Below are positions 9,267 through 18,270 of a stretch of 64,000 bases of DNA, piece after piece. The notes beneath the pieces were generated by a model. It saw only the letters and a program-made list of their open reading frames with translations, did not search any database and was not told where the DNA came from. Numbering within the stretch: position 1 is the stretch's first letter; the number at the start of each line of letters is the position of its first letter. The translations under genes were made by a program, and so were the position numbers. Location: IMG/VR virus record IMGVR_UViG_3300024262_006558, positions 248,001-312,000 of that record. One strand, given 5' to 3'.

Positions 9267-10148
9267 ATGGGATGCGACATTCACATCATTGCCGAAGTAA
9301 AGGAGAACGGAGTCTGGAAAAAGAACACCAACAAAGTTTTCCTTAATCCTTATTACGAAATGTATAAGGGCATTAAGGTGACAGACCCAGCTCGATACAA
9401 AGAAATCAAAAAGGGTAACTGGATAGACCTTAAAAAGTTTATGGATGAGCCTTCAAGTGGTAGAAATTACAATTGGTTTGCCGTTCTAGCCGATGTTAGA
9501 AATGGTAGAGGGTTCGCTGGAATAAAAACGGGTGAAGGCTTTGATCCAATTGCAGATCCTAAAGGTTTTCCTAGTGATGCTTCAAGAGAAACAATGGAGT
9601 TTCTTGGGATGGTCATTGACGACAACATGACTATGGATGATTACAAAGAAAATGGTGGAGAAATCGACTTAGGCAATGGGGATTATAAATACGTTTACCC
9701 TCGTTTAAAAATCATTGACTGGGGCTGTAAGTATCTCGATGAAGAAGAAACGATTGCGGAAAATGTTGACTACCATAGTTACTCATATTTCACCGCAAAA
9801 GAATTAGCCGAGTTTGATTGGAAAGGTAAAATGACTATGCTTAGAGGAACTATATCTTTAGAGCAATATAAATCTTTGCAAGAAAAAGGAGGAGAGCCAA
9901 CAGAAGGTTGGTGCGGTGCTTCTTGGGGCAAAGGTTTTGTCACCGTAGATGAAGACCAAGCCGATAAGATTTTGAAAGATGGCGTGGAGGGTACAGAGTT
10001 TGAAGGTAAAACTATTAAAGTAAATTATCATTGGATGGATGGTTACCACAAAATGTTTGAGCATGAATTGAAAACAATTGTTGAGCCATTAAAAAAGCTC
10101 TCCATGAAATATGAAGATGCAAGAATAGTATTTGCATTTGACAATTAA
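9267..10148 (+). CDS. conserved phage hypothetical protein (MGCDIH...RNYNWFAVLADVRN type)
   Basis: N-terminal MGCDIH motif, recognised from memory as recurrent in large phages. Confidence 0.8.
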   Translation: MGCDIHIIAEVKENGVWKKNTNKVFLNPYYEMYKGIKVTDPARYKEIKKGNWIDLKKFMDEPSSGRNYNWFAVLADVRNGRGFAGIKTGEGFDPIADPKGFPSDASRETMEFLGMVIDDNMTMDDYKENGGEIDLGNGDYKYVYPRLKIIDWGCKYLDEEETIAENVDYHSYSYFTAKELAEFDWKGKMTMLRGTISLEQYKSLQEKGGEPTEGWCGASWGKGFVTVDEDQADKILKDGVEGTEFEGKTIKVNYHWMDGYHKMFEHELKTIVEPLKKLSMKYEDARIVFAFDN

Positions 10149-10244
10149 GAAAAGGTGAGCTGTATGGCTCACCTTTTTTGTTTAACTGAAAAGTACATAA
10201 TATCCCCCGCCTCGTATATATTGGTGAACTTAAATAAAAACATC

Positions 10245-10490
10245 ATGGCAGTAAGAATGGATATAAATGGATACTTAGGAATCACCTTCCACGATATTAA
10301 AACTGGAAAAGAAGTAGACCGTAAGACTGAAAAAGCTATTGCGGAAAAGCTACAAACTGGTGACTATGTAATTGGAATTGTTCAAAAACTGATATATGAC
10401 TTATCAGATTTCGAAAACCCTCCTTATGCGATTGAAATAGATTCCACTGATGGAGTTGAATTTGACTGGGATGTATTTGACGAACTGTAA
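10245..10490 (+). CDS. hypothetical protein
   Basis: Start moved to ATG at 10245; leader identical to that of the gene at 1206. Confidence 0.7.
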   Translation: MAVRMDINGYLGITFHDIKTGKEVDRKTEKAIAEKLQTGDYVIGIVQKLIYDLSDFENPPYAIEIDSTDGVEFDWDVFDEL

Positions 10491-10502
10491 AATTTAGAAA
10501 TC

Positions 10503-10718
10503 ATGAAAGCAATTCAAAGAGAAGATATGGAAGATGAAATGATTCCAGTAAAGAATGAAGAAACTGGAGATGAATCATACATGGAACTTAGAACTCCAGT
10601 AAGATCGGAACAGCATGAAGACTGGGAAGATCGAGCATTCTATAATACTAGACTGTTCTTAGAAGATGGGACTGTTGTGCTGGCTATGTCTGTGGATTTA
10701 GATTTCATAAACGATTAG
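10503..10718 (+). CDS. hypothetical protein
   Basis: ORF track; TAG overlaps the next repeat. Confidence 0.7.
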   Translation: MKAIQREDMEDEMIPVKNEETGDESYMELRTPVRSEQHEDWEDRAFYNTRLFLEDGTVVLAMSVDLDFIND

Positions 10719-10769
10719 TACATAATATCCCCCGCCCCGTATATATTATTGAATTTAAACGAAAAAATT

Positions 10770-11225
10770 ATGAATCCAATTATCATTCAAGCATTAGAAA
10801 AAGCAATAGAAGCAATTGATCTTAACGACAAATTTGGAGACGACAGCGATGCAAAAGAATCAGCAGAGATCGAAGCCGTAAGCTTACTACACGCAGCATT
10901 GGCGGAAGCTAAGAAAATACCACAGCCTATATTAGCTAGTGATGCCGATAACTATGACAGTATGAATGTTTTGGTGTCAAGCTTAAAAAGAGCTAGGCAA
11001 GAAAGATATGAAGACTTATTAGATCAAGGATTTACTGAAGAAGGTGCAAGGGTAGAATCTCATGAAAACATAGAGATGGAGTTCTATTACGAGAAAGGAT
11101 CGGGCTTATTTGCTGTGGAATCTGAAGCCGTTGAAACTAATACAATCATCTCTCCCTATACAGGTGGAGAAATCCTAGAAGATGAATTGTATTGCGAAAG
11201 AATGACTAAATTTAATAATCAATAA
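10770..11225 (+). CDS. hypothetical acidic protein
   Basis: ORF track. Confidence 0.75.
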   Translation: MNPIIIQALEKAIEAIDLNDKFGDDSDAKESAEIEAVSLLHAALAEAKKIPQPILASDADNYDSMNVLVSSLKRARQERYEDLLDQGFTEEGARVESHENIEMEFYYEKGSGLFAVESEAVETNTIISPYTGGEILEDELYCERMTKFNNQ

Positions 11226-11236
11226 ATATTATTACC

Positions 11237-11380
11237 ATGAAAAAAAAGGTTTTAAAAACTTGGGTCACCCCAATTATAAAAGAAGATTCAATACCTAAAA
11301 TAACTTTAGGTATTGGAAATGGAACTGGAAGAGGAAGTGGAAGCGGAAGAGGTAATGGAAACGGAAGAGGTAATAGTTAA
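11237..11380 (+). CDS. 47-aa peptide with RiPP-leader-like WxxP motif and Gly-rich tail
   Basis: MKKKVLKTWVTPIIKEDSIPKITLGIGNGTGRGSGSGRGNGNGRGNS. Confidence 0.65.
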   Translation: MKKKVLKTWVTPIIKEDSIPKITLGIGNGTGRGSGSGRGNGNGRGNS

Positions 11381-11434
11381 AAAGTACATAGTTTCCCCAC
11401 CACCGTATATATTGGTGAACTTAATTAAAGCATT

Positions 11435-11758
11435 ATGGAAAAGACATTTGACCAATTCGTAGAAGAGTATAAGCCCGAAACAAATAAGGTGCTTAGAAAA
11501 GAACATGACAGTAATATTGCCGATGGTGATGTTGCCCCTATATGTGGATTCATGTATGAAACTTATGGCGAAGAATTGGAAGTTGTTCGTGAAGCTTTGA
11601 AAAAGAATCCTAAAACGGTATGGACTGTATTGGATGGGGATGATGGAGAATTATTTATCAGTAGCGGTATGCAGTTTGTAAATCGCTTTGGGTATATTAT
11701 TACCGAAACCCCTTGCGAGTTAGGTAAATTTGGAATGAATATTAATTTAGAAGACTAA
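11435..11758 (+). CDS. conserved phage hypothetical protein
   Basis: ETYGEELEVV...VWT...VNRFGYIITE. Confidence 0.8.
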   Translation: MEKTFDQFVEEYKPETNKVLRKEHDSNIADGDVAPICGFMYETYGEELEVVREALKKNPKTVWTVLDGDDGELFISSGMQFVNRFGYIITETPCELGKFGMNINLED

Positions 11759-11763
11759 AAGTT

Positions 11764-12138
11764 ATGAGAACTAAAGTATTAGTATACGTAAAAGATGGTA
11801 TGATTCAAAGTGTTCATGCCAATGGCGGAGTAGAGGTTATTGTATTAGATGAAGAACAAGATTCAGCATCTAGCATAGAGCGACAAATGGTTCAAGAACA
11901 TACTATCGAGAAATTCGACCAGTTGGTTCAAGACTCTTGGAAAAGAACTTTAGAGAATGAGTTTAAATTCAATGATGAGGTAGAAGTAAGCCCTGATGGA
12001 GATGTTGTTACTCATGGGTTCTCAGGAAGAGTAATGGATGGTGTTCAAACCGATACAGATGGAAGTTTCTATGTGAACGTGAAAGACATGGATGATAATT
12101 GCTTTAGCGTTAACATTATGAATGTATCAATAGCATAA
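11764..12138 (+). CDS. hypothetical protein
   Basis: ORF track. Confidence 0.75.
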   Translation: MRTKVLVYVKDGMIQSVHANGGVEVIVLDEEQDSASSIERQMVQEHTIEKFDQLVQDSWKRTLENEFKFNDEVEVSPDGDVVTHGFSGRVMDGVQTDTDGSFYVNVKDMDDNCFSVNIMNVSIA

Positions 12139-12341
12139 AACTTTAAAGGAAAGACAGCAGGTGTGTTATAGCTCTCCCTATATAGGAAAGCGGTTTAAAA
12201 ATTACTCATATTCCTGCACGGACACAATGAAAGAAACGTAGGCGTAGCAATTGTGTGAACCTCCCCGTTGAGTTGACCTTTATTAAAAGTACATAATATC
12301 CCCCCGAACGTATATATTGGTGAACTAAAAAAGAAACAAAT

Positions 12342-12695
12342 ATGGGAGCAGAAACGTTTATGAATGTAGTACACGCAGTAACCGCAAAGGAAGCGTATCA
12401 ACAAGCAAAACAACAAGCTTGTTATGAACACGGTCATGGAGGTTATACGGGTACTATCGCAGAGAAGAGCGGTTATACTATGTCTAACAAGCCCGATGAA
12501 ATCGATGCAGACGATTGGGTAGAGATGATTGAGGGTTTCGATGAGGATGACACAGACCAAAAGCATTACTCTGAACTCAAAAAAGACTTCGGGGTATACG
12601 ATGACAAGTGGGGTGATGCTTTATGTATCGATTGCGGAAAAGTCGAAGGAAAGGATTATAATAAATACATATTATGCGGGTGGGCTTCTAGTTAA
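12342..12695 (+). CDS. conserved phage hypothetical protein
   Basis: GHGGYTGTIAEK motif. Confidence 0.8.
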   Translation: MGAETFMNVVHAVTAKEAYQQAKQQACYEHGHGGYTGTIAEKSGYTMSNKPDEIDADDWVEMIEGFDEDDTDQKHYSELKKDFGVYDDKWGDALCIDCGKVEGKDYNKYILCGWASS

Positions 12696-12716
12696 GCCAC
12701 CCATAAATTTATCACT

Positions 12717-13070
12717 ATGCAAGAATGTTTATTTGTAGTATTAAATAGCGCTAAGAATGGAACCATGATTTATCGAATGGTAGGATTCGATGAAGTGTAC
12801 TTCATTAATGAGAGAGAAGAATTGGCGGCTTTATTTACAGAGGATGGACGCTTAGTGAAGCAATGGAATAATATTTATGAGTTTCGTGAAGACTTCAGTA
12901 GAGATTGTTTCGAATCAGATGAGGATATGATGAGGGCTGAATATCAATTGAACATCAGCAAAAGAACATTAAACAAACCTTATGCGAAACTTGCTTCAGC
13001 TGAAGCCGTTGGAGAAAATCTCACCAAAGAATTGTGTATGAGAGCAATGAATCCAATATTTTATAATTAA
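12717..13070 (+). CDS. hypothetical protein
   Basis: ORF track. Confidence 0.7.
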   Translation: MQECLFVVLNSAKNGTMIYRMVGFDEVYFINEREELAALFTEDGRLVKQWNNIYEFREDFSRDCFESDEDMMRAEYQLNISKRTLNKPYAKLASAEAVGENLTKELCMRAMNPIFYN

Positions 13071-13252
13071 TATCAAAACCTAGGGTAAAAACCTTAGGTT
13101 TTTTTATGATCACATCTCTCGGAGAATTTCCGCAACTTCGTATACCTACATATTTCTATGTACTCATATGTGAAAAGCTGAAAAACAAAGTTTTCCTATA
13201 AGTACATAATATCCCCCGCCCCGTATATATTGGTGAACAAAACAAAAAGCAC

Positions 13253-13735
13253 ATGATAACTATAACATTAAATTTTCCAGAATACACAGATAGCTTTGAT
13301 GTTGAAGCTAATATTGTAGATGCTAGGAGATATGTAGCCCTTACTGAATTGGAAGTTTTTAAAGCAAGCTTTGAATGTAAGGTAATAATCTTCACACCTA
13401 AAAGTTATGTTAAGTATGTAGGCATTGAGGATATCGATAATGCAGCAAATGAAGTAATGGATTTTGTTAGAGACGTTGCAGGCATGGACAGCGATAGTGA
13501 TGAAGATGACGAGATGTACACTATAGTTCATGATATGATGCATGGAGGTTATGACGAAACAGAATTCGTTCCTTATTTCGAGACGGTAGAAGACGGTGTG
13601 CAGGTTATGCATGTATTGAAACAAAATTCAGCACCTAATATTTCAAAGTTAGAATTTGTGCAGGACTTACACTTTGACAGCCAAATACCTTATCATTTAA
13701 TAAAGGATGCTGTAGAAGAATTTCACGGATATTAA
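13253..13735 (+). CDS. hypothetical protein
   Basis: ORF track. Confidence 0.75.
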   Translation: MITITLNFPEYTDSFDVEANIVDARRYVALTELEVFKASFECKVIIFTPKSYVKYVGIEDIDNAANEVMDFVRDVAGMDSDSDEDDEMYTIVHDMMHGGYDETEFVPYFETVEDGVQVMHVLKQNSAPNISKLEFVQDLHFDSQIPYHLIKDAVEEFHGY

Positions 13736-13795
13736 AAATAAAGTACATAATATCCCCCGCTCCGTATATATTGGTGAACTAAAAACAAATATATT

Positions 13796-14080
13796 ATGGC
13801 AAAAATTGGAAACAAAGAGTATGATCTTTCAAATGAAAAAGAAAGAGAAGCTTACTGGGTAGCATACGCAAAGGAAAATTTTGTAGGTAAGAAAATAGTT
13901 TCGGCTAGATACCTAACGAAAAAAGAAGGTGAAGAAATGCACTGGTTTAGTAGACCAATAGTTTTCCAAATGGATGATGGTTCCTTAATGTTCCCATCTT
14001 GTGATGATGAGGGAAATGATGGAGGATCAATCTTTGGACAAAAGAAAAATGGCGAACATATTACTTGTCCAGTTCTTTAA
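13796..14080 (+). CDS. conserved phage hypothetical protein
   Basis: DDEGNDGG motif. Confidence 0.75.
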   Translation: MAKIGNKEYDLSNEKEREAYWVAYAKENFVGKKIVSARYLTKKEGEEMHWFSRPIVFQMDDGSLMFPSCDDEGNDGGSIFGQKKNGEHITCPVL

Positions 14081-14141
14081 AAAATAAAAAGGATCCAAGA
14101 ACTAACTTGGATCCATTATCAAACATTTAAATATTATTACC

Positions 14142-14651
14142 ATGGGATACACTCACTATTGGAAATTGCCGCAAGTAAGTAAATTAGACGCAGCTAAGTA
14201 TAACGCGTTTGTAAAAGATGTTAAAGAGCTGATGACAAACTTACCAGCTAATTCAGAAAGCGCAGGAGGTTATCATGAAGATGAGGACCTAGCTATCAGA
14301 GGAGGTCTTGGAGTTAAACTTCCAGAAATGAACTCACAGCATGTTTGGTTTAATGGAGACAATAACAAAAACATGGACCACGAGACTTTTGTCATCACAG
14401 CAGATGCAGGAGATGAAGAGGATTCTATGAGATGGTATAGAGGATTCCAGTTCTGTAAAACAGCTCGCAAGCCTTATGATTTATTAGTGTGCGCAGCGTT
14501 ACTCTCCCTAGAGCACCACTTCGGAAGAAGAGTTACTCAGGTTTCTAGTGACGGCGACTACAATGACTGGGAGCCAGCGATCAAATTCTACAGGGAGACT
14601 TTAAAAAGACCCGTTAAAAGATCAATCATTAATTATTTAAAGAAGGGATAA
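14142..14651 (+). CDS. conserved phage hypothetical protein (MGYTHYW type)
   Basis: MGYTHYW...HETF...FCKTARKPYD. Confidence 0.8.
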   Translation: MGYTHYWKLPQVSKLDAAKYNAFVKDVKELMTNLPANSESAGGYHEDEDLAIRGGLGVKLPEMNSQHVWFNGDNNKNMDHETFVITADAGDEEDSMRWYRGFQFCKTARKPYDLLVCAALLSLEHHFGRRVTQVSSDGDYNDWEPAIKFYRETLKRPVKRSIINYLKKG

Positions 14652-14668
14652 TTTAGTATCTTAGTCCC

Positions 14669-14869
14669 ATGAATAAAGATACGCATACAGAGACTCAATA
14701 CGTAGAGGAGTTTAGACGACTCCTCTACGATAACTATAGAGTTGACATCGATAAAGGGCCACTTAAGAAAAAGTACATAATTGCCCGCAAGTCGTATATA
14801 TTAGGCGAGAACGTTGAAGACGTAGTAGCTAATACGGCAGAGATGTTTAAGTTAATTCAAAGGAGGTGA
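14669..14869 (+). CDS. hypothetical protein containing a degenerate 36-bp repeat
   Basis: ORF track. Confidence 0.55.
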   Translation: MNKDTHTETQYVEEFRRLLYDNYRVDIDKGPLKKKYIIARKSYILGENVEDVVANTAEMFKLIQRR

Positions 14870-14876
14870 AGTAGGT

Positions 14877-15158
14877 ATGGATAAAACAGGAAATTTATTG
14901 GCAAAGTTATTCTCTACACATAGAGCGGACTTTAAAACTAATGAGAAATCATATCATTTCGCTTTAGGTTTTAGATTACAAAACAGCATTGACTCTTTAG
15001 ATAAATTAGAATTGGCTTACGGTTTTTCTTTATTAGAAACTTTAATCCAACAAGAAAAGTCTAAATCAGTTAAAAAGAAATTGACAGAGATAAAAACCGT
15101 GGGCATCTTCTCCCTATATAAGGAAGACTCTCCCCAGCATAAAACTATTGTTTCATAA
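14877..15158 (+). CDS. hypothetical protein
   Basis: ORF track. Confidence 0.55.
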   Translation: MDKTGNLLAKLFSTHRADFKTNEKSYHFALGFRLQNSIDSLDKLELAYGFSLLETLIQQEKSKSVKKKLTEIKTVGIFSLYKEDSPQHKTIVS

Positions 15159-15171
15159 AAAACTTATTATC

Positions 15172-15714
15172 ATGGGGTACCAAATAGAACTAAGAGGCGC
15201 CGAATTCAAAATCAAGAAAAGTAATGTTGATCAAGCGTTGCAGGCTTTGAAAGAATTCGTTAAGAATAAAAGAAACACTTTCATTGATGTGCCTGGTGTA
15301 GAGAATTCTAAGACTTTAGAAAAGGCTATGTTAAGTTGTAGATTTGTTTTAGACATCTCAACTGAGAAACAAAAACCTCTTCCTACTAAAGAAGAAATTT
15401 TGAAGGATGTTAGTTCAGCTTTGAAGATGGTTGAAGAAGATATGACCGTAGGATCAAATAAATCTATTGTTAAAGATTTATTAATTCAAGCGGAAGCAAA
15501 GTTGACGGCGAAACCAGAAGATATGATTTTAGTAACTGGAATCTCTTTTGAAGGTGAAAGTCAGGACGGATCAGAAGAGGCAATGTTTCAATCTATCGCT
15601 CCATTTGTTGAAGCCGATTCTTATATAGAGATGCAGGGCGAAGCAGGAGAAATTTGGAGATGGGTATTTGACGGGACAACCTGTGTAGAAAAAGTAGCAA
15701 ATTTAAATTTCTAA
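15172..15714 (+). CDS. conserved phage hypothetical protein
   Basis: IAPFVEADSYIEMQGEAGEIWRWVF. Confidence 0.75.
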   Translation: MGYQIELRGAEFKIKKSNVDQALQALKEFVKNKRNTFIDVPGVENSKTLEKAMLSCRFVLDISTEKQKPLPTKEEILKDVSSALKMVEEDMTVGSNKSIVKDLLIQAEAKLTAKPEDMILVTGISFEGESQDGSEEAMFQSIAPFVEADSYIEMQGEAGEIWRWVFDGTTCVEKVANLNF

Positions 15715-15716
15715 TT

Positions 15717-15860
15717 ATGGATCAGGAAATTATAGATTGGATCGAAGACGGTAATGCTGTGGAGATCAGGGACGGCGTATGGAAAGAACAAACTACTCAA
15801 TGGAGAAAAGAGTTCACCACTAAGGAATTAATTGACTTCTTCCATAGAGAATTTAGATAG
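15717..15860 (+). CDS. 47-aa hypothetical protein
   Basis: MDQEIIDWIEDGNAVEIRDGVWKEQTTQW...; TAG overlaps the next repeat. Confidence 0.65.
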   Translation: MDQEIIDWIEDGNAVEIRDGVWKEQTTQWRKEFTTKELIDFFHREFR

Positions 15861-15913
15861 TACATAATATCCCCCTGGTAGTATATATTGTTGAACTTAA
15901 ATTAAAAGAAATT

Positions 15914-16498
15914 ATGGCAGCACCTAAAAAAAGTTACGCAGTACAACCTTCCTGTTATTCAGATAGAAAGGCGGACTATAAAGAGCAAGAATATCTGAAC
16001 GAAGCATTCGAAACTATCTCTCATGAGGAAATGTATGAAGAGATCGATGGTAAAGAAAAGAAAGGTTTCGGAGGAACTTGTGGAAACATAGCCTGGGAGA
16101 TCAATTTTTCCAGACCTAAAAGAAAAGTTCTGGTAAACATCACTCCAGGAAAAGAAAATATGTTGGACAAAGGAGAAGAAGCTGTCAGATCTTATCAGGT
16201 AATCTCATCAGCATTCATGCTTTACAGAATGATCTGTATGTTTCCGAATCCTATTGTAGAGATGCAGGGATCAGAAGGGTACAAAGTCCCATGGTCGATC
16301 GCGCTTAAACATAAAGAAACAGGAGAGTTCTTTATTATTCGTGAATGGAAAGGTGGATTATCTTTTGCATCAGATGCCCATTCATTCAAAGATACACCTG
16401 CAAGCTTCACTAATGATGTACAGCGATTGTTGCAGCTGTTAGTTAGCGACAAGTCACCACATCCTTATGATGGAGTAACAGCAGGAGGTGTAGCATAA
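15914..16498 (+). CDS. hypothetical protein
   Basis: ORF track. Confidence 0.75.
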   Translation: MAAPKKSYAVQPSCYSDRKADYKEQEYLNEAFETISHEEMYEEIDGKEKKGFGGTCGNIAWEINFSRPKRKVLVNITPGKENMLDKGEEAVRSYQVISSAFMLYRMICMFPNPIVEMQGSEGYKVPWSIALKHKETGEFFIIREWKGGLSFASDAHSFKDTPASFTNDVQRLLQLLVSDKSPHPYDGVTAGGVA

Positions 16499-16500
16499 AC

Positions 16501-16538
16501 AAAAAAACCCTCATCTAATTAAAGATGAGGGTTTTTTA
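16501..16538. terminator. bidirectional intrinsic terminator
   Basis: AAAAAAACCCTCATCT...AGATGAGGGTTTTTT between convergent units. Confidence 0.8.
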
Positions 16539-16570
16539 TTTGCATACTACTATGGAAACTAACATGCTTG

Positions 16571-16671
16571 TGGGGGCGGAATAGATTCGAACTATCGACA
16601 CACTGGCTTTCACACCGAGCTGCTCTCAAGATCACGCCTCAAGGACGGATACCAAACTGAGCTACACCCCC
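16571..16671 (-). tRNA. non-canonical tRNA-like gene, copy 1 (Phe-like; D-loop hairpin insertion, 8-nt anticodon loop)
   Basis: Acceptor GGGGGTG/CGCCCCC, TAGCTCAGTTTGGT, GAGC, T-loop TTCGAAT; 23-nt insert in the D loop. Confidence 0.65.
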
Positions 16672-16697
16672 ATATAGAAAAAGCAAATTGCTTTTTG

Positions 16698-16797
16698 TGG
16701 GAACGGAATAGATTCGAACTATCGACACACTGGCTTTCACACCGAGCTGCTCTCAAGACTAACATCAAGTGTTAGCACCAGACTGAGCTACATTCCC
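16698..16797 (-). tRNA. non-canonical tRNA-like gene, copy 2
   Basis: Acceptor GGGAATG/CGTTCCC; same anticodon and T arms as copy 1; 22-nt D-loop hairpin. Confidence 0.65.
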
Positions 16798-16892
16798 ATG
16801 TAGTTAAAGATATAAAGGAAATTTGGAGAACTTGTTTTTTAATTTAAGATAATTTTTTAGAAGGAAGTCCAAGCATAGCCTTTAATCTTTTG

Positions 16893-16992
16893 TGGGAACG
16901 GAATAGATTCGAACTATCGACACACTGGCTTTCACACCGAGCTGCTCTCAAGACTAACATCAAGTGTTAGCACCAGACTGAGCTACATTCCC
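16893..16992 (-). tRNA. non-canonical tRNA-like gene, copy 3 (identical to copy 2)
   Basis: Direct 100-nt duplicate of 16698-16797. Confidence 0.65.
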
Positions 16993-17305
16993 ATATGTAA
17001 TAGGGGCTTATTTCGGATTTCATTCCGAGATAGATTCCCATATTAAGATTGTTGTTAAGAAGAAACCCTCTTGGTATCTTTATCCCTTATCAACAATACA
17101 AAAGTACTGTTTAAATATCATATTGTCAAGCATTAGATAGAAAAAAGTTTAAAAAGTTTTCTCTCCTCTGAGTTTTTCCGCAACTTCGTATACATAACCC
17201 TTTATCCATCAGACATTAAACTCAAAAAGCTGAAAAACAAAGTTTTCCTATAAGTACATAATATCCCCTCCACCGTATATATTGTCGAACGAAAAAGAAA
17301 CACTT

Positions 17306-18220
17306 ATGAAAATCTACTATAATCAATATAATATCGGTAAATCAAAGTATGTGGTAAAGCATCATGATGGTAAAAAAATCCATAAAGATGGAAGCAGGTT
17401 CTTTGATATTGCAATCTTTAGTAACAAAAAGAAACGCGACAGCTTTATAAAAGATCTGGAGGCGGATGGCTACACTCATAGAGATATGGCTATCAATACT
17501 TACTCTGGCTTAAAAAACAGAATTAAAGATTCTGATGTTGCTCGCTGGGTAATGACGTTCAATGAACCAGTAGTGATTAATAAGTTATCACGATATGGAA
17601 ATTGGAAAGAAAACGAAGATGGATCTAAATCTAAAAGCAAGAAAGCTAAAAAAACTTATAATGTATACTTACGCATTATCAATGGCAGCTTAACATATGC
17701 AGCAAGCAAAAAAGCTAGGTTTTGGAACTATGTAGAATTAGGTCTTCCTTTCTCTAAAATAGTAGACTTAAAACCACATATGTCAAAAACAGAAAAGATG
17801 TCCCCAGAAGAGTACAACAAAGCGGAATGTCAAAAGTTCATCAATAGATGTCATCCAAATATTTGGAATGAAATCAAAGAAGAATGTAAAATGTTCATAG
17901 AAACAGGGGACGAAGAACATCTTCCTAGCTTTATAAGATATAATGGCAAATGTAAGTTTGTTTCCATAAAAGGTAAAATGGGAGATTCTTATGCAGGGAA
18001 GCATACTATTGAAGCTTTGAAAAAAGCAATGGATGAGAATGGGGATTACAGAACATCATTTAGTGCTATGGCTCCACAAGGGAGAGATAGAAGTTTCTCT
18101 GTAGCAACTTCTAATGGAGAAACTAGGGCTTGGTTCTCATCGGAATTCCCTGGATGTGGAAATGGTGACTATTACTTACTAATAAATCCAACTACAGCAG
18201 TATTCTGTGAAAGAGATTAG
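17306..18220 (+). CDS. multidomain hypothetical phage protein
   Basis: N-terminal YNIGKSKYVVKHHDG...HKDGS.FFDIAIF; C-terminal SSEFPGCGNGDYYLLIN. Confidence 0.8.
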   Translation: MKIYYNQYNIGKSKYVVKHHDGKKIHKDGSRFFDIAIFSNKKKRDSFIKDLEADGYTHRDMAINTYSGLKNRIKDSDVARWVMTFNEPVVINKLSRYGNWKENEDGSKSKSKKAKKTYNVYLRIINGSLTYAASKKARFWNYVELGLPFSKIVDLKPHMSKTEKMSPEEYNKAECQKFINRCHPNIWNEIKEECKMFIETGDEEHLPSFIRYNGKCKFVSIKGKMGDSYAGKHTIEALKKAMDENGDYRTSFSAMAPQGRDRSFSVATSNGETRAWFSSEFPGCGNGDYYLLINPTTAVFCERD

Positions 18221-18270
18221 TACATAATATCCCCGCCACCGTATATATTGTCGAACGAAAAGAAAACAAC

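Noticed and set aside
11237-11380. Bona fide lasso peptide
   Set aside because: No Asp/Glu at core positions 7-9 and no B/C maturation genes in the window.
1182-17305. ORF-track starts at TTG/GTG inside the 36-bp repeat (1182, 3489, 6911, 10749, 17282)
   Set aside because: These codons are part of the motif; an ATG with an A-rich Bacteroidota-type leader lies ~20-30 nt downstream in frame.
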